64,000 nucleotides of DNA from NCBI RefSeq assembly GCF_963921235.1, contig NC_086097.1:128466001-128530000 (forward strand), read 5' to 3'. The notes beneath the pieces are model-generated. The model was not told the origin of the DNA, made no database searches, and worked only from the letters and a program-made list of their open reading frames with translations. Shown here piece after piece: positions 51,585-64,000 of this stretch; position 1 is the stretch's first letter; the number at the start of each line of letters is the position of its first letter. This DNA comes from Mobula hypostoma. Taxonomy: Eukaryota. Position numbers and translations under genes: made by a program.

Positions 51585-52100
51585 ATAGAGTCATAGGGTA
51601 ATACAGCATGGTAACAGGCTCAACTCATCCATACCAACCATGATGCTAGTCCCATTTTTGACCCCTATCCCTCAAAACCCTCTTAAATATGTACAGTACT
51701 TATTCAAATCTCTTACGTGTTGTTATTGTGCCTGCCTCAAACCGCTTCCTCTGGCAATTCATTCCATATATGCACCATCCTCTGCATGAAGAACCTCAGG
51801 TCCCTTTTAAACCTTTCACCTCTCACCTTAAACCTATGCCCTGTAATTTTTAGGTTTCTATTCCTGGCAAACAAAAAGACTATGTGCATTCACTCCATAT
51901 ATACCCTCTCATGATTTTATACACTTTTAAAATGTCACCCTTCAGTCTCCTATGTTTCAAAGAAGAAAGTCCTACTCTGCCCAAATTCTTCCTATAGCAC
52001 ATAGCCTAATGTGCTGACAGCATCATCATAAACCTTCTCAGGACTCTTTCCAGTTTAATGATATCTTTCTTCTCACAGTGTAACCAAAACTGTACACAAT
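51585..52100 (-). mobile_element. Old CR1 3' fragment
   Basis: Reverse-complement CR1 3' UTR and ORF2 end (caaaactgtacacaat). Confidence 0.7.
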
Positions 52101-52234
52101 AAAAAAGACATTGCAAGCATCAGCTTGTGGTCAATGCCCTGGAGTTCCTTCCTTAATCATACCTTCACCAGCACATTCTCAAGAGCACCTGGGGATGAGC
52201 AATAAAACTTGTTCATGCTGATGATGTACCACAG

Positions 52235-53440
52235 AACCATAGAACACTACAGCACAGAAAACAGGCCATTCGGCCCTTCTAGTCTGTGCCGAAACTTTAT
52301 TCCGCTAGTCCCATTGACCTGCACCCAGTCCGTAACCCTCCAGACCTCTCTCATCCATGTATCTATCCAAATTATTCTTAAAACTTAAGAGTGAACACAC
52401 ATTTACCACATCAGATGGCAGCTCGTTCCACACTCCCAACACTCTCTGAGTGAAGAAGTTCACCCTAATATTCCTAACCTTTCCCCTTTCACCCTAAAGC
52501 CATGTCCTCTCATATTTATCTCTCCTAGTCTAAGTGGAAAGAGCCTACTCGCATTTATTCTGTCTAATTTTGTAAACCTCTATCAAATCCCCCCTCATTC
52601 TTCTACGCTCCAAGGAATAAAGTCCTAACCTGTTCAATCTTTCCCTGTAACTCAACTCCTGAAGACCTGGTAACATCCTAGTAAATCTTCTCTGGACTCT
52701 TTCAATCTTACTGATATCCTTCCTATAGTTAGATGACCAGAATTGCACACAATACTCCAAATTTGGCCTCACCAATGTCTTATACAACCTCACCATAACA
52801 TCCAAACTCCTATACTCAATGCTTTGATTTATGAATGCCAGGATGCCAAAAGCCTTCTCTACAACCCTGTCTACCTGTGATGCCACTTTCTGGGAATTAT
52901 GTATCTGAACTCCCAGATCCCTTTGTTCCTCCGCACTCCTCAGTGCCCTCCCATTTGCTGCGTATGTCCTACCTTGATTTGTCCTTCCAAAATGCAACAC
53001 CCTCACACTTGTCTGCATTAAATTCCATCTGCCATTTTCTAGCCCATTTTTCCAGTTGGTCCAGATCCCTCCTTTTGAAAGCCTTCCTCGCTGTCCACAA
53101 CACCTCCAATCTTAGTGCCATCAGTAAACTTGCTGATCCATTTTACCACATTATCATCTAGATCATTGAGAAAAACAACAAACAACAATGGTCCCAGCAC
53201 AGATCCCTGAGGCACACCACTAGTCACAGGCCTCCAGTCTGAGAAGCAAACATCCACTACCACTCTCTGTCTTCTCCCACACAGGCAATTTCGAATCCAG
53301 TTTAAATCTTTCCATGGATACCTAGTGTCTGAAACTTCTGAACTAACCTCCCATGTGGGACCTTGTCAAAAGCCTTACTAAAGTCCATGTAGACAACATG
53401 CACAGCCTTTCCTTCATCTACTTTCTTGGTAACCTCCTCG
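52235..53440 (-). mobile_element. CR1 LINE, 5'-truncated, with RT core
   Basis: WRPVTSGVPQGSVLGPLLF..FLNDLD..ISKFTDGTKIGG and LYKTLVRPNLEYCVQFW. Confidence 0.95.
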
Positions 53441-53694
53441 ATGTGAATCACATGAAGGAATAAAATACAGAATCCTTTGACAGTTTCTTCAGAACACCAG
53501 CATAATAAAAATAATTATCTACATTATCTGGCTTTGGATCAAATTTATTTGCAGGCTGTGTTACTTGTGTCCTCAAAGACCTTTTGAGACTATTCTGCAA
53601 CTGGCCATGGAGCGAATGCAGAACTTGTTATCTCTGACAATAGTTGAGGTGAGCAGCACAGGTGAAATTTCAAGGAAGCTCAGTACGTACTCAG

Positions 53695-54085
53695 AAATGG
53701 AATTAGATTTATTGTCACTGACTGGCATGATGTGAATTCACTGTTCAGCAGCAGCAGTATGCCGTAAAGACATGAAATTACTCTAAACTACAAACAAAAA
53801 AGTGCAAAAAGAAGAAATAAGGAGGTAATATTCACAGATTGATGAGAAATCTTATGGTGGAAAGAACGAAGCTGTTTCTGAATCACTGAGTGGGGATCTT
53901 GTACATCCTCCCCAATGATTATTACAGGAAGAGGGCTTGTCCCGGATGGTGAGGGTCCTTAGAAGTGTGCTGTCTTCTTGAAGCACACAGTCTCTTGATG
54001 GTGTCCTCAACTGTGGTAAAGGTTGAGTCTGTGAGGAACCTGGCTGAGTATACAACCCTCTCAGTCTTCTTGATATATTGTACGT
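53695..54085 (-). mobile_element. Rex1/Babar 3' fragment
   Basis: KDPHHPGQALF on the minus strand, plus the Rex 3' UTR. Confidence 0.75.
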
Positions 54086-56129
54086 ACTGTGGTGTTATTC
54101 GAATCCCTTCCTTGACAATAATGATGTGGTGATAAGGGTAGATAACAAATAATGAGCAAGATTCATCCATTCTGACACTGACCTACTATAGACATAATGA
54201 TTTATTTCTGCAGCGTAACTTCAACGCAACTAAGAGAGTTAATATATTTTCAGATCTACTTTGATCAGAATATTTTCTGTTGCATGACTAACCAGCCAAT
54301 TGTAAAACTAACATTCTGTACACACTTGAATTTTATTTCTGTGCTCCAGGGCCTCATAAGTCAGTTCTGTCCAAATTCAAAGATACCTCTCATTAATCAT
54401 TAGATATGCAAACTGAATTAAGGCAACTATATCTAATGTGAGGTATGGCAGCACTGAGGATTTCAAAATGTAAAGCAATTTACCACTGTACACTGAGGGT
54501 CACTTGTACACTTTGTGATAAAACTGTGGCGCTAATGATGGCAGATTATTGGACTGAGGAGATCTGCTGCCTTTAGATCCTGCTTTAATTTATGATTAGC
54601 AGTCTGCTCATGGTTCCAACAAGGCACCTTCTGTCTATACATTTTTACACACCCAACAGTCCTCTTTTCTGCGATTGCACACAAGAAGACAGAGGCATAC
54701 TTTTGTCTGAGAGGTGAAGAGGCAGGGGTGGGAATGGGGGCACTCCCAGCAGGCTTGCTGTTCCCCAATTGGAAGTAAGGGAGCAAGGTCACTTGCAAAG
54801 TTCATGTCGCCTGGGGACAGATGCCTTCCTTCCTGCCCTCTTGCACTCTTCCGGTTTGTCAATAGCTTTGCAAATGCATCACAGATTCAACTACACAAGT
54901 AATATCATCTTAGTTCGATTGCACATCTCTAAAATTACTTTGTACTTGCAGAGTATGTCATCAAATTGAACTGAATCTCCCTAAATTTAATCAGTTTACT
55001 GCTCCTTCCTATTGAATTTTCTTTTCTTCTTGTTGATGAACCTCTATTCATCGAGGGCTAACCTATGAGTGAAAAGACAGAACGTCTAATCAAAATTTAA
55101 TTATTCTTTATGGGAACTTGCTGTTTAGAAACTACCCAGTATTATCTGTGTTAAAATAGCAACTTCATTAGTATTTCTATGGCTGTAGTGCTCTGCAGTA
55201 CGTCCTGAACTAGGGGACTTTAATACTTGCTTATGACATTGAAATAGATCATTTGGCCCATCAAGTCTAGACAGAGCAATTCCTTTCCTCCCTCTAGATC
55301 CTCCCTGAGAGCATTTCTCATCAAAATTTCAACAAGACCTTCTATATTTACCACCACCTACATACCTACATATGGAGAATACTTTGGCCAACACTCTGTG
55401 GCCTAAGGTGAATTTCTTCTCCCAGATATCTCCCTATGCGTCCTTCCAGTGTTTGGTTGGCATTGTCAAATTATCACATGGAGAACAGTAAATACAACCC
55501 TCACCTTAGCAAAGGACTTTGATAAAAACTGCACAGCTCCAGTGCACCTTTAGATTAAACATTATTTTACAGCTGTGATTGAAACAATTGAACCTTGGAG
55601 GACAGAAAGATTGACCCATAGAACTGGATGATGTATTAGCACAGAGGTGACATTGCCTTATGATGCATCGGCTCTGAAATCCATTTGTCAAGAAGTGTCA
55701 CGATGCAGGTTCTGTACCATGAGCTTGTGCATAATGAGTTCTTATTGTCTTCCTCAGGGGATACTCTGGAATATTTCAGGTTGGGAGCATTGGCAGAGGT
55801 CAGATAATTTAAGTAAGGGAGAAAAGCAACCCAAAAAGCAGCGAAAATGTGCTCTCTAAGATCTAAGAGCATCAGATGTGACATTTCCTCTTTTATCCCC
55901 AACCTACCAGAGCCATCCCCTTCCAAGTGAAGCAAATTGGTGCTGCACTCGCTGCTCATAGTACTCTGGAGAAAACAAACATAGACTAGCTATTTGCATT
56001 CTTACTACACCTGAGGTTAGTCCACAAGGACCATCCTGAGCTTGCAGGTGGCTGCTGTTACTGGGAATTGAGTCACTGGAGACATTGAAGCTAGCAGCTA
56101 TAAAAAATCTTCATTCATCATGACAAGCA

Positions 56130-58770
56130 GATCTTCCCTTGGCACTGAGCACCTGCACTTCTTCCACAATGGCCTGCCAGAGCACCCGGTTACAAGACGT
56201 TTTAATTCCCCTTGTCATTCTCACACTGATCTGTCTTTTCTTAGCCTCATTGAATTCCAGGGTGAGGTTAAATGCAAACTAGAGGAACAGAAACTCATAT
56301 TCCATCTGGATAGTCTACAGCTCAATGGCATTAATGTTGAATTCCCTCCCTCCCCTTTCTCAATCTCTCTACCTCCAACTCTGGAGATAAACTTTCGACC
56401 AACAGCTTTTATAATCCTACTGATTCCCATGGTTATCTTGACTATACCTCTTCCCACCCTGTTTACTGTAAAAATGCTATTGCCTTTTCTCACAAACACA
56501 GAAAATCTGCAGGTGCTGGAAATCCAAGGCAAGACGTACACAATGCTGGAGGAACTCAGCCAGCCAGGCAGCATCTGTGGAAATCAATGCTTCTGAATGG
56601 CTTCATCAGGATTGGAAAAAAAAAGATGAGAAGTCAGAGTAGGAAGGCAGTGACCGGGAGGGGAGGAAGAGATATAAGGTGATAGGTAAAACTGAGAGAG
56701 GGGGATGGGGAAGTAAAGAATGGAAGTTGATTGCTGAAAGACATAAAGGGATGGAGAAGGGGAAATCTGATAGGAGAGGGTAGAAGACCATGGAAGAAAG
56801 GGAAGCAGGAGGAGTACCAGTGAGTGGTGATGGGCAGGTAAGGAAAGTGTGAGAGAGGAAAACAAGAATGCGGAACAGTGAAGATGGGGGGGATTATTAA
56901 CCAGAGGTTCAAGAAATCGATGTTCTTGCCATCAGGTTGGAGGCTACCCCGATGGAATATAAGGTGTTGCTCCTGGTGGCCACCTCTATATCAGTGAGAA
57001 CTGACATAGATTGTGAGGCTGCTTTGCTGAGCAACTAAGCCCCATCCACCAGAAAAAGTAGGATCTTCCAGTAGGCACCCATTTCAACTCTACTTCCCAT
57101 TCCCATCCTGACGTGTCAGCCCATGGCCTCCTCCACTGCTGCGATGAAGCCACACTCAGGTTGGAGGAGCAACATCTTATATTCCATCTTAGTAGACTCC
57201 AGCCAGATAGGCACAAACATCGAATTCTTGAGCTTCCGGTAATTGCCCCCTCTTCGCCATTCCCTATTCTTCTTTCCCTCTTTCACCTTTCTCCTTACCT
57301 GCTCATCCCACCCCCTTCCCCTCCCAGTGTTCCTCCTACTTCGTCTTCTTCCATGGTCTTCTACCCTCTCCTATCAAATTCCCTTCTTCCAGCCTTCAGC
57401 TTCCCAGTTCTTTACCTCACTCCTTCTCTCCTCCCAGTCACCTATCACCTACCACCTTGTATTTCTTTCTCCCCTCCTCCACCTTCTTTCTCAGACTTCT
57501 CATCTTTTTTCCAGTCCTGATGAAGGGTCTCAGACCAACACTTCAGCTGTTTATTCCTATCCATTAATGCTGCCTGACCTGTTGAGTTTCTCCAACAATT
57601 TGTGTATTCCCGTTTCTCAGTTCCTTGGTCTCCACCATATCTAATCCCACATGCAGCTCTCCTTTCCAGGACATTAGAGGTGTCCTCCTTCTTCAGAAAA
57701 CAGGGTTTATCTTTCTCCACTATTGATGTTGCCCTCATTCACATCTTCTCTATTTCCCAAACATCTTCACTCACCCCACCTTCCTGCCGCCCTAACTCTG
57801 GTAGAGTTCCACTTGTCCTCACCTACCACTCCATGAGCCTCCGCATCCAACACATCATTCTCTGCAACTGCTCCCATTTCCAAAGGGATCCTACCTCCAA
57901 ACGTATCTTTCCCTCTCCTACCTCTCTCTGCTTTTTGTAGGGATTGCTTCCGCCTTGATTCCGTTGTCAATTCATCACTCTCCACTGATCTCCCTCCCAG
58001 CACTTATCCCTGCAAGCAGCCAAAGCGCTACACCTGCCCATTCACCTCCTCCCTCATCTTCATTCAGGGCCGCAAACAGTCCTTCCAGGTGGGGCAACAC
58101 TTCCCCTGCAGATCTGCTGGGGCTGGCTATTGTGTTCGGTGCTCCTGAAGCGGACTCTACATTGGTGAGACCCATCGTAAATCAGGGGAGTGCTTCATCG
58201 AGCACCTCCGCTCCATCTCCCTAATGTGGAACTTCCTGGTGGCCAGACATTTTATTTCCTATTCCCTTTCCCATTTTGACATGTTGGTCCATGACCTCCT
58301 CTCATAGCCACCCTCAGTGTGGAGGAGTGACACCTTATGTTCCGTCTAGGTAGTCTTCAACTTAATGGCATGAATATCAATTTCTTCTTCCTCTAAAAAA
58401 AATTCCCTCCCCATTCTCTTTTCTTCTATTCCCCACTCTGGCCTCTTACCTCTTCTCAACTGACTATCACCTCCCCTTGAGTCCCTTCCTCCCTCCCCTT
58501 CTCCTATGGACTACTCTGTTCTCCTATCAGATTCCTTCCTTTCCAATCCTTTCTCTTTCCCACCCACCTGGCTTCACCTATCACCTTCTATCTATTCCCC
58601 CTTCCCCTCCCCCCACCTCTTTACTCTGGCGCCTCCCCCCGCCACTTCCTTGTCAATCCTGATGAAGGCTGTCAGCTCAAAATGTTGACTGTTCATTAAT
58701 TTCCATAGATGCTGCCTGACCTGCTGAGTACCTGCAGCATCTTGCGTGTGTTGCTCTGGATTCCCTGGGT
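56130..58770. mobile_element. Cluster of Penelope-like elements: old fragment (56130-56480), inverted copy (56490-56975), two tandem plus-strand copies (56975-57610, 57620-58770)
   Basis: GLLHCCDEATLRLEEQHLIFHL; degenerate GIY-YIG; pyrimidine-rich tails ending cctgatgaagg...gatgctgcctgacctg. Confidence 0.85.
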
Positions 58771-58894
58771 TCAGGTTATCTGCTTCCCCTCTTTCCCTTT
58801 CTCTCCTTCTGATCTATCCATGCCCTCTCACACACATCTTTCCTTCCAAAAACTTCCCAGCCCCAATCTTACATTTCCTTTACCCTCCTCCACC

Positions 58895-59112
58895 TACTCT
58901 GTGGAATTCTTTGCCTCAGGCCACTGTGGGATCCAAGTCTTAATGCATTTTTAAGACAAAGGTTGATAGATTTCTGATTGGTAAGGGCATGAAGGGATAT
59001 AGGGAGAAGGCAGGACATTGGGGCTGAGAGGAAAATTGGATCAACCACCATGGAATGGTAGAGCAGATGGGCTGAATAGCCTATATCTTCTCGTATATCT
59101 TATGGTCTTATG
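58895..59112 (+). mobile_element. CR1 3' end
   Basis: ctgtggaattctttgcctcagg (LWNSLPQ) through a ttatggtcttatgg tail. Confidence 0.8.
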
Positions 59113-59119
59113 GAAGTAC

Positions 59120-60074
59120 TGTCATGGTCCAGTCCATGAAGTCCGTATTTCAGTTCACGGTCCAGTCCATCGACCCTCACTCCAGGTTTTCCTGTCTACC
59201 CTGTTTCTATTCTTGTTGAGCTGTAATTGAGGCAGCTGATGCTCATTGGGGCTGGCTGCATAAATACCTTCAGAGACCAGGGCGTGGCTGCTGGATTGTT
59301 CTTGTCCTTAATCCTTGTATCCCTTCCTCTGCCTTCTGTTTCCTCGCCTGAAGCCTTGCCTTGTCTTGCCAGTAGCTCTTGCCTCACCTGAAGTTCTTGT
59401 CTCGCCTTGCATTGCCTGAAGCCTTGCCTTGTCTTGCTGGTAACTCTCACCTTGTCTCGCCTGCAGTCTTGTCCTGGAGCCACACTGTACCTAACTCCCT
59501 TCCTGTCCCTTGCCTCCTCCCAGGTAAGCCAGGCCGTCTTGCCGTTACCTATGGTTGGTTCTGCCCCTTCCTAACCCTTGCCTCCGTCGGGTAAGCCAGG
59601 CTGTCTTGCCGTTACCTGCGGTTGGTTCTGTCCCTTCCTGTCCCATTCCTCCATCGGGTGGTGATCCGCGCCATGCCCAGGAGTACCGCGCCCTGCCCAG
59701 CTGAACCACGCCCTGCCCAGGAGGAGCCTGCCTAGCCTCAAGCCTGAAGACTCTGGCCTCCTGCCTCCTGCCAAGCCTCTCCTCGTCTCTAGCCTCAAGC
59801 CTGAAGACTCCAGCATCGTCCTGCCTGCCTGCCAAGCCTCGTCCTTGCCTTGGTCTGGGGTCCGAGCCAGAGGCAAGACCCAGGTACTGGGTCCTTGTCC
59901 AGTCTCTGGCTCGGAGTCCAAGCCCGGGCTCCTAGCTCTCTTGTCCCGTCCTGTTCCGGGTTCCCCGTTTTCGTGTCCATGTCCTTGCCCTCACCCTGTA
60001 TCCTGGTTCCGTCCCTAGTACTTCAGTGTCTGTGTCTTGCACTTGGGTCCGTTCCCAGCCACCCCCTTATGACA
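59120..60074 (+). mobile_element. Solo LTR (Gypsy-type)
   Basis: TGTCA...TGACA termini; perfect 5-bp TSD AGTAC (59115-59119, 60075-60079); TATA-like cataaata at about 59259; internal repeats. Confidence 0.88.
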
Positions 60075-62123
60075 AGTACGCCATTTTCTCAACACCCACA
60101 CACTTCTTGCACTTGGTCCCTTCCAGATGCAGTTCCCATCTGTCCTCCTCACCTCCCTTATTTTATTCCTCTTCACCATCCTTCCTTCTCTTATTCCAAA
60201 CTCAGCCTACCTTGTTGCCTGCACATCACCTCCAAGTCTCTGTTGGTATCTCCACCCCTCCATAACCCGTAAATCTATCCTCACTTGGATGCTCTTATCT
60301 CTTCCCAGCTCTTGCCCTATCTCTCCTCTTCATCTCTTTATACTGGCTATTTCTCCTTTTCCTTTCAATCCAAATGAAGGGTCATGACCCAAATCATTTC
60401 CCTCCACCAATGCTGTCTTACCCGTTGAAATAATATAGAACAATACTGCACAGCACTGGCCCTTTGGCCCACAATGTTCTGTCAATCTTTTAATGTACCC
60501 TCAGATCAATCTATTCTTTGCTTATCTAAGTGTTTCTTAAATCCCATTATTGTGTCTTCCTCTACCTAGCTGGGCACTCACCATTCTCTGTGTAAAAAAA
60601 TTACCTCTGACACCTCCACAATACTTTAATCCAAACGCCTTAAAATTGTGCCCCTTCATATTGGTTATTTTCACCTTGGGATAAAGTCACCTCTCATCAT
60701 CCTTTTCACCAAAGAGAAAAGCCATAGCTCACTCATCCTTTCCTCACATGCTCTTAAATCCCGAACATTCTGGTAAATCTCTGTTGCATCCTCTCCAAAG
60801 CTTCCACATCCTTCCTATAATGAGGCGACCAGAATCATACACACTGTACTAAGCATCACGGATATCTTACTCCAAAATCTATAGAAGCTACAAAATCTCA
60901 GGGCGTCAGAATTTGGAGCTCAGTTCCAGCATCTTCTTTTAGCACATTTACATGTTCCTTCCCAAGTGTGCATGAGTTTCCTCTGGGTGCTCCAGTTTCC
61001 TCCCACAGTCCAAAGACATACCAGTTAGTAGTTTAATTGGTCATTGCAAATTGCCCCATGATTAGGCTAGGTATTTCTGGAAAGGCAAGAAGGGCCTATA
61101 TCCCTAAATAAATGAATAAATAATATTTCAAATGTGGTTAAACCACAGCTTTATAGAGCTGCAACATTACCTCAAACTCAATCCCCAACTAACGAAGGCC
61201 AACAATCCATTCACCTTCTTAACAACTCTTTCAATTTGTGCGGTGTGGACCCCAAAATCCCTCTGTTCCTCCACACTGGCACGAGCACTATATTCTGCCT
61301 TCAACTTTGACCTTCTGAAGTGAATCACTTCACATCTTGCTGGATTCAACTCCATCTGCCACTTCTCAGCGCAGTTCTGCATCCTGTCAATGTCCCACTA
61401 TAACCTACGTCAACTTTCTACTCTATCCACAACTCCACCAACTTTTGTATCACCTGCAATCTTACAAAGATCCAAGTCATTTATAAAATTCACAAAGAGC
61501 AGGGGTTTCAGAACAGATCCTGATGGAGCACCACTGGACACCAACCTTCAGGCTGAATATACACCATCTACAATCACCCTCTCGTTTCTGTGAGCAAGAC
61601 AAATCTGAATCCACACAACCATGTCTCCCTGGATCCCATGGCTCTTGACTTTCTAAATGAGGAAACCATGGGGAACATTATCAAACTTCTAACTAAAATA
61701 TGTGTACATTACATTCACTGCTCTACCTTAATCGACATGCTTTGTCACATCCTCAAAGAATTCAGTCAGGTTCACAAGGCATGACCTTCCTTTCACAAAG
61801 CCATGCTGACTATTTGTGACTACATCCATTCACAGTTTTACATGCCCAGGTTCCTGTCTAATAGCATCATAATTCGCCCTCCCCTAATTAAGTACTTCCC
61901 CATACCTTCTACTCCTACCTCACTCCAAGACAATGGTAAATGTCAGGAAGTTGTGGTCTCTGCCACCTAAATGCTCACCCACTGAGAGATCTGACACCTG
62001 ACCAGATCCAAAATGGATTCTCCTCTAGTCAGTCTGTCTACGTGTTGTATAGGAATCCCTTCTGGACACAATCAACAGATTTCACTCCATATAAATCTTT
62101 TACACTGAACAGGTAAAATTCAA

Positions 62124-63112
62124 GCACACCAAGCACATCTTTCCCTCCCCCCCACTGCTTTCCACAGGGATCGCTCCCTACGCGACTCCCTTGTCCATTC
62201 GTCCCCCCCATACCTTCCCACTGATCTCCCTCCCGGCACTTATCCTTGTAAGCGTAACAAGTGCTACACTTGCCCTCACACTTTCTCCCTCACCACCATT
62301 CAGGGCCCCAGACAGTCCTTCCAGGTGAGGCAACACTTCACCTGTGAGTCGGTTGGTTTGATATACTGCATCTGGTGCTCCCGGTGTGGCCTTTTATATA
62401 TTGGTGAGACCCGACACAGACTGGGAGATCGTTTCACTGAACAATTACACTCTGTCTACCAGAGAAAGCAGAATCTCCCAGTGGCCACACATTTTAATTC
62501 CACGTCCCATTCCCATTCTGATATGTCTACCCATGGCCTCCTCTGCTGTCAAGATGAAGCCACACTCAGGTTGGAGGAACAACACCTTATATTCCGTCTG
62601 GGTAGCCTCCAACCTGATGGCATGAACACTGATTTCTCTAACTTACATTAATACCCCTCCTCCCTTTCTTACCCCATCCCTTATTTATTTATTTATTTAT
62701 TATTCCCTCTTTTTTTTCCTCTCTCTTTTTTCTCTCTCTGTCCCTCTCACAACCACTTTTTGCCTGCTCTCCATCTTCCTCTGGGCTCGCCTCCCCCTTT
62801 CTTTCTCCCTAGGCCTATCGTCCCATGATCCTCTCCCTTCTCCAGCTCTGTATCCCTTTTGCCAATCAACTTTCCAGCTCTTAGCTTCATCCCTCCCCCT
62901 CATGTCTTCTCCTATAATTTTGGATCTCACCCTCCCCCTCCCACTTTCAAATCTCTTACTATCTCTTCTTTCAATTAGTCCTGACGAAGGGTCCTGGCCG
63001 GAAACATCGACTGTACCTCTTCCTATGGATGCTGCCTGGCCTGCTGTGTTCCACCAGCATTTTGTGTGTGTTGCTTGAATTTCCAGCATCTGCAGATTTT
63101 CTCGTGTTTGCG
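62124..63112 (+). mobile_element. Young Penelope-like element, 5'-truncated, GIY-YIG endonuclease
   Basis: LIYCIWCSRCGLLYIGETRHRLGDRFTEQ...RLEEQHLIFRLGSLQPDGMN. Perfect 13-bp TSD aggtaaaattcaa (62111-62123, 63113-63125). Confidence 0.93.
62977..63012 (+). ncRNA. Minimal type I hammerhead ribozyme motif in the Penelope terminal repeat
   Basis: agtc-CTGACGA-agggtcctggccg-GAAAC-ATC-gact: both conserved core boxes, helix I agtc/gact, and an NUH triplet (AUC). Confidence 0.7.
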
Positions 63113-64000
63113 AGGTAAAATTCAATATTAGGGATGTTAATGTCACCCATGATAAAAAGTTTGTAATTTTTTGCACTTTTCCAAAATCAACCTCGCTGTC
63201 TCTGTTACTAATAGGGGCAAGGGGTGGTGACTGAGTGATTGTACCCTTCCTGTTTCTGACTTCCACACACATGGACTCAATCTCTCCATGACGTAATCTC
63301 TTTCTGCAGCTGTGATACTATCCCTGATTATTAATGTCACCCTCCCATCTCTTTTACCTCCTTACTTCTCCCTGGAACACCCATCAGCTGTTCCTTCCCT
63401 AGTGACAGATAGGTCTCCAGAATGGCCACAATGCTGTGGTTCCATGTACTGCCCTACGCTTATCACTCTTGTACCTGATACTTAAAATACACACAGTTCA
63501 ACCTATCTCATTGACTGCAATTTTGACGTATCAGCTGCCTATCCTTCCTCACAGTCTCTCTACACACTGCACGTACCTGTACACCAGCTGCTCCATCCTC
63601 TGATTCCTCTACCCCACCCAAACTAGTTTAAACCTTTTCCAATAGCTCTGCTGACAATTATGTTGGTCCTCATCACCTTCAAGTGTGGTCCATCCTTTTT
63701 GACGGGCCATACCTTCCCCAGGAGAGATCTGAATGTTTCTGAAGTCTGAAAACCTGGCCCCTGCACTAATTTCTCGGCCGCACATTCATCCGTCAAATCA
63801 TCCTATTCTTACCTCCACTAGTGCATGGCCCTGGCAGCACCCTTGAGATTACTACCCTTGAGGTCCTCCTTGTCAGCTTCCTACCTAGCTCCTGATATTC
63901 TCTCACCAGGACCTTAATCATATTCCCTACTATGTCATTGGTTCCAATATCTACCAGAACTTTTGGCTGTTGACTCTCCTTCCCTTTGAGAATGCTGTGA

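Larger units (their letters stand above)
60435..64000 (-). mobile_element. Long decayed CR1 LINE interrupted by a V-SINE (~60870-61130) and a Penelope element
   Basis: Tail at 60435; AEKWQMELNPARCEVIHF; endonuclease-region LIIRDSITAAER and CVEVRNRKG; further CR1 5' sequence runs to the window end. Confidence 0.8.

Noticed and set aside
62700..63272. 190-aa minus-strand ORF
   Set aside because: Reads from CR1 sequence through the antisense pyrimidine-rich Penelope tail; low complexity.

Overview
Repeat-dense vertebrate DNA with no intact host protein-coding gene that I can recognise. The repeat repertoire (CR1, L2, Rex1/Babar, Tx1, Vingi-like, Penelope-like elements with hammerhead motifs, V-SINEs, DeuSINEs, Tc1, chromovirus-type Gypsy) fits a cartilaginous fish, probably a ray (inference). 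Most ORF-track entries are transposon fragments or noise. The standout is a young, CpG-rich 553-bp retroposed insertion (19643-20195, AGATATA target duplication, (ACTG)n tail). It appears to join RTE-LINE 5' and 3' ends around a captured fragment of the host gene ZFTRAF1/CYHR1, all in one reading frame. Other notable items: a decayed full-length Gypsy provirus (35418-41475) with nested CR1s, two solo LTRs with internal VNTRs, a 53-bp Penelope-derived hairpin insertion, Penelope hammerhead ribozyme motifs, IR/DR Tc1 derivatives, and several unique enhancer-like blocks. Family names come from remembered motifs, not database searches. Boundaries are approximate unless a TSD or terminal motif is given.
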